Assembly (NCBI GenBank): GCA_037147375.1
Contig: JBAWVI010000065.1
Coordinates: 1 to 5,367 of the forward strand
Source of the DNA: an archaeon
Lineage (GTDB): Archaea > Iainarchaeota > Iainarchaeia > Iainarchaeales > CSSED10-239
DNA length: 5,367 nucleotides
Direction: 5' to 3'
This document shows, piece by piece, positions 1 to 4,710 of this stretch (its first letter is position 1; each line of letters starts with the position of its first letter). Made by a program: the position numbers and the translations under genes. The notes beneath the pieces were generated by a model, which was not told the DNA's origin, made no database searches, and was given only the letters and a program-made list of their open reading frames with translations.

Positions 1-1793
1 TCAAGTATCATTCCATGTAAAGAAATATGCTTAAATGGTGCCTTATCAAATGCAATTGTTGAACAAATTAATTGTGAATTCCACCACCCTCTTATTTGAT
101 CGCTTCCTTCAAAGTTAATGTCTGGAGGCCAATATTGATTGAACTTGTCTTTGTTATCTGGGTAACCCAAAGATGCCCAAGATGCAATTCCTGAATCAAA
201 CCAAACATCAAATATTTCTGGTATTCTTTTTGCGTTCCCACCACATGAGCATTTGTAAGTTATATTATCGATGTATGGTTTATGAATATCCATTTCTAAA
301 TCAAGAGATGGTACTCTTTCTTTTAATTCTTTAAGTGAACCAAACACTTCTATTTTTTCACATTTATCACATTTCCAAATTGGAATTGGTATTCCCCAAT
401 ATCTTGCTCTTGAGATTGGCCAATCAGAAATTGAATTTAACCAATCATTGAATCTATCTTTTGCCCAAGTAGGATACCAAGAAACTTCTTTTTCATTTAT
501 TTCTTTTAATCTTTCCTTCATGTCTTCTGTTTTTAAGAACCATTGAGGGAGAGCAACTTGTAAGAGAGGAGAATGACATCTCCAACAAACTGGGTAAGCA
601 TGCTTAACTTTTCTTTTTCCAAGGAGATTTCCTTTTTCTCCTAGATAATTAATTATAAAAGGATCAAGCTCTTTTACTTTTTCTCCCTTATGTGATTGAA
701 TTGTTTCATCATAAACTCCAGAAATTGTTACTGGACAATATGCAGGTATATTATTTTCATGACCTACTGCATAATCTTCCTTACCATGACCAGGAGCACA
801 ATGAACAAGTCCTGTTCCTTCTTCTAGATGAACAAATCTTGGACTTGAAACTATTTTATAACTTCTTTTTTTATAATCATCAGAGATGTTTATCCATTCT
901 TCAAAAAGTGGTTTATATTTTTTTCCAACTAAATCAGTACCTTTGTATTCATCTCCAAGTAAATAATCATCTTTCCAATTAAGCTCATTAATTATTTTAT
1001 CAACTAAATCTTTTGCAACAACATACTTCTTTCCTGAATGTATTAATTCAACATATGTGTATGATGGATTAATCATTATACCCATGTTTGCTGGAAGAGT
1101 CCATGGAGTTGTTGTCCAAATCACAAAATATAGATTATCGTTATCAAGAGATTGGATAGCAACATAGATTGAAGTATCTGTTAAATCTTGATGTTCGATT
1201 TCATTAAATGAAACTGAGGTTTCACAAGAAGGGCAAACATGAACTGGGTACTTGCCATGATGTAACATTCCTTTATCTGATGCTTTTTTAAATGTCCACC
1301 ATCCTGTCTCCATGTACTTATTATCAAGTGTTCTATAAGGATGCTTCCAATCCATCCATTGTCCAAGATTTTCTATTTCTTTTGACATATCATCAATATG
1401 TTCTGTTGCAAACTTCTTACATTCAACTATAAATTTTTCAACACCAAATTTTTCAATATCTTCTTTTGATTTTAAAGAATATTTAATTTGAACCTTTCTT
1501 TCAATTGGAACACCATGAGTATCAAACCCAGGAGTGTCTAAGACCTTGTAACCTGTTTGTCTATGATACCTAATTACAATATCTTTCAATATTCTATTAA
1601 AAGTTGTTCCAAGGTGTACATGCCCTGAGGCATATGGAGGACCATCAATAAAGTAATAATGTTTTTTAGATTCCTTGCTTCTTACTTTTTCAGGAATTCC
1701 TTCCTTTGTCCAAAGCTTTTTAATTTCTTTTTCAGTTGCATAAGAATATTGTGTGTTTTCTTTGTTTGTGCTTTCGGTTTCTGTTGGTACCAT
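1..1793 (-). CDS. ileS: Isoleucyl-tRNA synthetase, N-terminal ~597 aa (3' end lies beyond position 1)
   Basis: Hand translation from ATG (complement of 1791-1793) is open to the window edge: MVPTETESTNKENTQYSYATEKEIKKLWTKEGIPEKVRSKESKKHYYFIDGPPYASGHVHLGTTFNRILKD...TPGFDTHGVPIERKV...WTTTPWTLPAN...HCAPGHGKEDY...CWRCHSPL...DWPISRARYWGIPIPIW...FDVWFDSG...FEGSDQIRGWWNSQ. These are the class I HIGH region, the IleRS-type editing-domain motif WTTTPWTLPAN, and the IleRS motifs ISR.RYWG and EGSDQ.RGW. Absent from the ORF track only because no stop falls in the window. A purine-rich GGGGG lies 8 nt upstream of the ATG. Confidence 0.93.
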   Translation of the reverse strand, partial: MVPTETESTNKENTQYSYATEKEIKKLWTKEGIPEKVRSKESKKHYYFIDGPPYASGHVHLGTTFNRILKDIVIRYHRQTGYKVLDTPGFDTHGVPIERKVQIKYSLKSKEDIEKFGVEKFIVECKKFATEHIDDMSKEIENLGQWMDWKHPYRTLDNKYMETGWWTFKKASDKGMLHHGKYPVHVCPSCETSVSFNEIEHQDLTDTSIYVAIQSLDNDNLYFVIWTTTPWTLPANMGIMINPSYTYVELIHSGKKYVVAKDLVDKIINELNWKDDYLLGDEYKGTDLVGKKYKPLFEEWINISDDYKKRSYKIVSSPRFVHLEEGTGLVHCAPGHGKEDYAVGHENNIPAYCPVTISGVYDETIQSHKGEKVKELDPFIINYLGEKGNLLGKRKVKHAYPVCWRCHSPLLQVALPQWFLKTEDMKERLKEINEKEVSWYPTWAKDRFNDWLNSISDWPISRARYWGIPIPIWKCDKCEKIEVFGSLKELKERVPSLDLEMDIHKPYIDNITYKCSCGGNAKRIPEIFDVWFDSGIASWASLGYPDNKDKFNQYWPPDINFEGSDQIRGWWNSQLICSTIAFDKAPFKHISLHGMIL

Positions 1794-1841
1794 TTCTTAT
1801 TCCCCCTGGAATTTTAAATTTAATTTTTTTTTAATCTAGAC

Positions 1842-1849
1842 CTATAAAT
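1842..1849 (-). promoter_or_regulatory. Candidate archaeal TATA box for ileS
   Basis: Minus strand reads caaaagaagATTTATAGgtctag about 45-50 nt upstream of the ileS ATG, preceded by a purine-rich BRE-like stretch. Judged on sequence resemblance only. Confidence 0.25.
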
Positions 1850-1877
1850 CTTCTTTTGAAAAACTCTTTTGTAGCAA

Positions 1878-1900
1878 ATAATTCTTGGTAAAAGAATTAT
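1878..1900. repeat. Perfect 9-bp inverted repeat with 5-nt loop in the ileS upstream region
   Basis: ATAATTCTT (1878-1886), ggtaa, AAGAATTAT (1892-1900). The arms are exact reverse complements. Confidence 0.5.
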
Positions 1901-2098
1901 GGCTACAATTATATAATTATAATTGATATAATAGAAATTGATGTTATAGTGTTTACACTAATCTTATTTGAAAATAAATTAGATTTATTTATTTGGTTCA
2001 TATTTAATCAAAGATTTCGTGTTCTTGTTATTATATAAATATATATAACTAAATATATTTAAAAACAGTAGGGAAGAAACTATTGGGCGTCAACCTCA

Positions 2099-2118
2099 TA
2101 AAAAGCAATTGCTTTTTA
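2099..2118. terminator. 20-nt perfect palindrome with flanking T/A runs; possible terminator downstream of tRNA-Ile
   Basis: TAAAAAGCAATTGCTTTTTA is its own reverse complement. On the minus strand it lies ~48 nt past the tRNA 3' end and ends in TTTTT, matching oligo-T termination signals. Confidence 0.35.
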
Positions 2119-2165
2119 GGATCCTGAAAACCCCTTGATTTTCATGAGACCGAAACCGGTTGAAG

Positions 2166-2240
2166 TGGGAATGGCAGGATTTGAACCTGCGACCCTTGGT
2201 GTATAAGACCAATGCTCTAACCAGGCTAAGCTACACTCCC
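2166..2240 (-). tRNA. tRNA-Ile, anticodon UAU (decodes AUA)
   Basis: Minus strand folds by hand into a 75-nt cloverleaf: GGGAGTG TA GCTT AGCCTGGTTA GAGC A TTGGT CTTATAC ACCAA GGGTC GCAGG TTCAAAT CCTGC CATTCCC A. Acceptor stem is 7 bp (one G-U), D stem 4 bp, anticodon stem 5 bp, T stem 5 bp with a TTCAAAT loop, discriminator A. The anticodon loop C-U-UAU-A-C gives anticodon UAU. No CCA is encoded. Confidence 0.9.
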
Positions 2241-2267
2241 ATAGATAAATAGAAGAAATGATCTTTG

Positions 2268-2275
2268 AAATAAAA
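2268..2275 (-). promoter_or_regulatory. Candidate TATA box for the tRNA gene
   Basis: Minus strand TTTTATTT is centred ~30 nt upstream of the mature tRNA 5' end. Judged on resemblance only. Confidence 0.25.
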
Positions 2276-2288
2276 TCATGTGGATTAG

Positions 2289-2582
2289 TTATTGCTTTTC
2301 AGAAAATTCTCCAAACCTTCCTAAATTAACTCTTAATTCTTTTTTGAATTCAGAGGAATAAAGGTTAGTGAAAGAATAGCTCTTACCAACAATAAGCTTC
2401 TCAATTGAAGCATCCCATAATGTTAGATAGATTGTGCCTGTATCATCTCCTACTTTTGCTTCACAGACTTTGTGTTCAACATTATCAAGCCTTGAAGTTA
2501 CAGATCTAAGTGGTGTTTTTTCTAAAATTTCACCAACAATATCGATCTTTTTTTGGTATGGTCTAATTTCCTTAATCTTCAT
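2289..2582 (-). CDS. Single OB-fold nucleic-acid-binding protein (SSB/RPA-like, hSSB1/SOSS-B-like layout)
   Basis: 97-aa ORF. The pattern IKEIRP..KKIDIVGEILEK....V.......HKVCEAKVGDDTGTIYLTLWD..IEKL.VGKSY.F.N.Y...F.....VNLGRFGE matches the one-OB ssDNA-binding layout: variable beta strands, then V.D.TG.I.L.LWD, then G....L.N......F.G...L..G. AGGAG lies immediately upstream (ggaaggagatATG). Confidence 0.6.
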   Translation of the reverse strand: MKIKEIRPYQKKIDIVGEILEKTPLRSVTSRLDNVEHKVCEAKVGDDTGTIYLTLWDASIEKLIVGKSYSFTNLYSSEFKKELRVNLGRFGEFSEKQ

Positions 2583-2653
2583 ATCTCCTTCCTATTTACT
2601 AGTAGTGATATAAGTAAATAAGATACGCAAAGGTATTTATACTTAATTATTTT

Positions 2654-2878
2654 TTATTCGAGAGGAAAAAGGAACCAAACCAAGTATTTATTTGTTTTAA
2701 AATTAGGTGTTTCATCTACTGTTTCAAGATGAAGTTCAATTGCTTCTTTAATGTTTGTTAATAGTTCTGTAAGTGTTTCTGCATATGTGTAACAGCCAGG
2801 AAGTACAGGAACAGATGCATAATATTGTTTAGTTTCATTATCAATTTCAATAACTACATCAAATGATTTATGGTCCAT
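2654..2878 (-). CDS. HicB-like / UPF0150 family protein (antitoxin-type fold), no HicA partner
   Basis: 74-aa ORF. FDVVIEIDNETKQYYASVPVLPGCYTYAETLTELLTNIKEAIELHLE matches the HicB N-terminal/UPF0150 signature (Y.A.VP.LPGC...G.T.EEA..N.KEAIE..LE). GGTGA lies 7 nt upstream of the ATG. Confidence 0.7.
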   Translation of the reverse strand: MDHKSFDVVIEIDNETKQYYASVPVLPGCYTYAETLTELLTNIKEAIELHLETVDETPNFKTNKYLVWFLFPLE

Positions 2879-2889
2879 TTTTATTTCAC

Positions 2890-2911
2890 CATATATATTA
2901 AGATATATATG
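2890..2911. repeat. (AT)n-based 9-bp perfect hairpin/palindrome just upstream of the HicB-like gene
   Basis: CATATATAT taag ATATATATG. It overlaps the SD region and may double as a TATA-like element. Confidence 0.4.
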
Positions 2912-3005
2912 ATTTTAAAAAACTATTATTTTTAAATAAACATAGAATTTCGAAGGAATTTAGGTTTATAAATGGTTTCATTGGTAGTGAACACTATCCT
3001 ATAAT

Positions 3006-4070
3006 TTAATGAGGCCTTACTTTATTAAAATTAGAATTGTAAGATATAAAAAGAAAATTAAAGCTAAATAACATCTTACTTGTAATCCTATATGCATTTG
3101 CGTGCATTGTGTAACCTAAGTAACTATTTATTGATGCAAATAGTCTATACATATAAATCTTATTTGCAAGATAGAGATGAGAAAGATGTATTGTTCTTTT
3201 TTTAAATTTAATAAGATTTGATTTCCTTAATCTAACAAATAATGAGAATATTTTGTATCCCACAAAATCAACTCCATCTTTTATTAAATAAATATTTGTT
3301 TTTCTTTTAGGTATCTCAAGTAAAAGCTTAATTTTAAGAAAACGCTTAATCTTTGTTTTATACGTGTGTAATTCTTTCTTTGAACTTGAAAGTATTATGA
3401 AATCATCAACGTATCTATAATAGTATTTTACTCTAAGTTTATGCTTAATAAATTTATCAAATTCATTTAGATAGATGTTTGCAAACAACTGGCTAGTTAA
3501 GTTTCCAATTGGTATGCCTTTGTTTTCTCCAAAATCAGAATTATCACTATCAACCAGTAAGGTTATAAGATCACATACTTTCTTATCCTTGATTCTTTTA
3601 AATAATATTTGTTTAAGAATAGTGTGATCAATGGTTGGAAAATATTTTTTCACATCACATTTCAATGCATATCCGTGTTTAGCAAACGTATTTTGAACTG
3701 CTTTTTTGATAGTGATTAATCCTTTATGTGTTCCTTTGTTTTTCCTACAAGCAAAGGAATTATTAATAAAGGTTTTATCAAAAATAGGTTCAATTAGATT
3801 GCATAATGCATGTTGAACAATTCTATTTCTAAACGGAAGTGCTTTAATAATTCTTTTTTTAGGTTCAAAAATAGTAAAGCTTCTATATTCTGGTACCTCA
3901 TATTTTCCTAAAATTAGTTCTTCTTGCAAAGCAAACAAGTTTTTTTCAAGATTCATAGAAAAAATCAGAACCTCGATTGAAGATGGCTTTGCTTTTCTTG
4001 CTTTTTTGTATGCAAGGGATAAATTTTTGAAAGAAACTAATTTCTCCCAAAAATTAGTGTGTGATTTCAT
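3006..4070 (-). CDS. Reverse transcriptase, diversity-generating retroelement (DGR) type
   Basis: 354-aa ORF with RT motifs in order: EPKKRIIKALPFRNRIVQHAL (motifs 1-2), LKCDVKKYFPTIDH (motif A), GIPIGNLTSQLFANIYLNEFD (motif B region; IGNLTSQ at 3489-3509 is the DGR-RT hallmark [I/L]G...SQ that replaces the QG..SP of group II intron RTs), YYRYVDDFIIL (YVDD at 3402-3413), DGVDFVGYKI, and the C-terminal SYLGYTMHANAYR typical of DGR RTs. There is no maturase/endonuclease extension. A TR-like element lies upstream on the same strand. Confidence 0.88.
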   Translation of the reverse strand: MKSHTNFWEKLVSFKNLSLAYKKARKAKPSSIEVLIFSMNLEKNLFALQEELILGKYEVPEYRSFTIFEPKKRIIKALPFRNRIVQHALCNLIEPIFDKTFINNSFACRKNKGTHKGLITIKKAVQNTFAKHGYALKCDVKKYFPTIDHTILKQILFKRIKDKKVCDLITLLVDSDNSDFGENKGIPIGNLTSQLFANIYLNEFDKFIKHKLRVKYYYRYVDDFIILSSSKKELHTYKTKIKRFLKIKLLLEIPKRKTNIYLIKDGVDFVGYKIFSLFVRLRKSNLIKFKKRTIHLSHLYLANKIYMYRLFASINSYLGYTMHANAYRITSKMLFSFNFLFISYNSNFNKVRPH

Positions 4071-4077
4071 GTGTTTC

Positions 4078-4149
4078 AGTAATTCTTTTGTATGATAATT
4101 ATTTATTGGTTATGAAAGTTCATAAAAGAATTACTAAATCATAACCAAT
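4078..4149 (-). ncRNA. Two interleaved perfect helices (pseudoknot topology) in the TR-RT spacer, ending 8 nt upstream of the RT start codon
   Basis: Plus-strand coordinates: AGTAATTCTTTT (4078-4089) is the exact reverse complement of AAAAGAATTACT (4124-4135), 12 bp. ATTGGTTATGA (4105-4115) is the exact reverse complement of TCATAACCAAT (4139-4149), 11 bp. The order B1-A1-B2-A2 means both helices can coexist only as an H-type pseudoknot; otherwise they are mutually exclusive alternatives. Confidence 0.5.
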
Positions 4150-4196
4150 GATATTTTGTTATTTGGCGTTCTTCTGTTGTTTGATATTGATTAACC

Positions 4197-4223
4197 AACC
4201 AGGCAAATTTCTTTGCAACCAGG
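4197..4223 (-). repeat. Direct 7-mer repeat flanking a small GAAA-tetraloop hairpin in the spacer
   Basis: Minus strand reads CCTGGTT-GCAAA-GAAA-TTTGC-CTGGTTGG. AACCAGG occurs at 4197-4203 and 4217-4223 (plus strand). The 5-bp stem GCAAA/TTTGC (4203-4216) closes a GNRA loop. Confidence 0.35.
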
Positions 4224-4337
4224 AAAATATACTGATGTAGTCAACTTGAATATACATTCTTTCTTGTGTTTAAGATAAAACTAAAACTTATCCTTTCCTT
4301 TCTTTAAAAAGTACATGAACACAAAAAACTCTACAGT

Positions 4338-4365
4338 TACTATCTTTTCACTTGAAAAGATAGTA
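4338..4365 (-). repeat. Perfect 12-bp stem, 4-nt loop hairpin immediately 3' of the TR
   Basis: TACTATCTTTTC (4338-4349), actt, GAAAAGATAGTA (4354-4365). The arms are exact reverse complements. On the minus strand it begins ~7 nt after the A-free GC-rich TR end (..GGCTTTCGTTGCGTCGT). Confidence 0.7.
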
Positions 4366-4371
4366 GAGACT

Positions 4372-4518
4372 ACGACGCAACGAAAGCCGATGTTGTTGTT
4401 CGTGTTACCAGGGACGTTGTTCAAGTTCAAAGCCAACAATCCTGCGTTCGTTTCATTGTTCCAATTGCCACCACGCAAGAACGAAGAACCTCGAAGAACC
4501 GACACACAGCAGAAAACA
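4372..4518 (-). repeat. DGR template repeat (TR); boundaries approximate because no VR is available to align
   Basis: A GC-rich island in an AT-rich background. The minus-strand frame reads ..VLRGSSFLRGGNWNNETNAGLLALNLNNVPGNTNNNIGFRCVV, resembling the C-terminal CLec/FGE-type variable region of DGR target proteins (LRGGSW...NNNIGFR). There are 11 AAY (Asn) codons within 25 codons (N14-N38 of the track ORF). The frame is closed upstream by TAG (complement of 4536-4538), so it is not the end of a long target gene. It lies ~300 nt upstream of the RT on the same strand. Confidence 0.78.
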
Positions 4519-4538
4519 TATACGTCAGTATATTCCTA

Positions 4539-4557
4539 ACTTGTAATACTTACAAGT
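4539..4557. repeat. Perfect 8-bp hairpin with 3-nt loop at the 5' side of the TR
   Basis: ACTTGTAA tac TTACAAGT. The arms are exact reverse complements. Confidence 0.55.
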
Positions 4558-4582
4558 CAAAATAGATTATGAACAGTTACTT

Positions 4583-4590
4583 ATATATAC
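4583..4590 (-). promoter_or_regulatory. Candidate TATA box for the TR-RT transcript
   Basis: Minus strand ggTATATATAag. A start ~25 nt downstream would fall at about 4555-4560, at the 5' hairpin that precedes the TR. Judged on resemblance only. Confidence 0.3.
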
Positions 4591-4616
4591 CTTATTCTAT
4601 AACTAAAATCCAATTA

Positions 4617-4676
4617 AATCGTTCGATACCAACGAACAGTTTAGCTATTAATCGTTCGATGCCATCGAACGATTTA
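4617..4676. promoter_or_regulatory. Two ~27-nt direct repeats, each with internal dyad symmetry (candidate operator pair) in the divergent DGR/ATPase intergenic region
   Basis: Copy 1 is AAATCGTTCGATACCAACGAACAGTTT (4617-4643). Copy 2 is TTAATCGTTCGATGCCATCGAACGATTTA (4648-4676). Copy 2 holds a perfect 11-bp palindrome AATCGTTCGAT-gcc-ATCGAACGATT (4650-4674); copy 1 keeps only GTTCG/CGAAC. A TTATTAAT box (4684-4691) sits ~20-27 nt before the ATPase ATG, which suggests a leaderless mRNA. Confidence 0.45.
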
Positions 4677-4710
4677 AAAACCTTATTAATCATAATATAT
4701 TAGAAAATAT

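Larger units (their letters stand above)
3006..4557 (-). mobile_element. DGR core cassette: hairpin - TR - hairpin - structured spacer - RT (no VR, target gene or avd in the window)
   Basis: Combination of the RT, TR and spacer features listed separately, all on one strand. Confidence 0.75.

Noticed and set aside
692-982. 96-aa plus-strand ORF from the track
   Set aside because: It lies entirely antisense to the well-supported ileS reading frame, and its low-complexity, Leu/Phe/His-rich product has no recognisable motifs. It is a shadow ORF.
1181-1366. 61-aa minus-strand ORF from the track
   Set aside because: It is on the same strand as ileS but out of frame and wholly inside it. The ileS frame carries conserved IleRS motifs across this stretch.
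2066-2165. Second tRNA, split-tRNA half or C/D-box sRNA next to tRNA-Ile
   Set aside because: A CTCATAA heptamer looks like a CAU anticodon loop, but the flanking bases (TCAAC/AAAGC) cannot form an anticodon stem and there is no T-arm. No RUGAUGA/CUGA box pair occurs with correct spacing.
2583-3005. HicAB toxin-antitoxin module
   Set aside because: The flanking gaps (71 and 127 nt) are too short for a HicA ORF and none appears in any frame. The gene is treated as a solo HicB/UPF0150-fold protein.
3006-4070. Group II intron-encoded RT
   Set aside because: The protein is only 354 aa with no maturase X or endonuclease domain. It has the [I/L]G...SQ motif instead of QG..SP, and I saw no intron domain V/VI-like GC-rich structures flanking the ORF.
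1878-4135. Shared TAATTCTT/AAGAATTA core between the 1878-1900 hairpin and the 4078/4124 spacer helix as a common protein-binding site
   Set aside because: The same 8-mer also occurs inside the OB-fold gene (around 2335), so it is probably a chance recurrence in AT-rich sequence.
4078-4149. Retron msr/msd-like inverted repeats upstream of an RT
   Set aside because: The RT has the DGR IGNLTSQ motif rather than retron signatures, and an AAY-rich TR lies upstream. The inverted repeats are interleaved rather than flanking a msd stem-loop in the a1/a2 manner.
4281-4505. 74-aa minus-strand ORF (GTG start) as a real protein gene
   Set aside because: Its 'protein' is the TR read in the target-gene frame and then runs through the 3' hairpin into AT-rich spacer. 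It has no SD and only a GTG start, with an in-frame TAG 30 nt upstream. It is better explained as a non-coding DGR template repeat.
4315-4539. 74-aa plus-strand ORF from the track
   Set aside because: It is antisense to the TR and is open only because the TR sense strand is A-poor, so few stops appear on the complement. It has no motifs.
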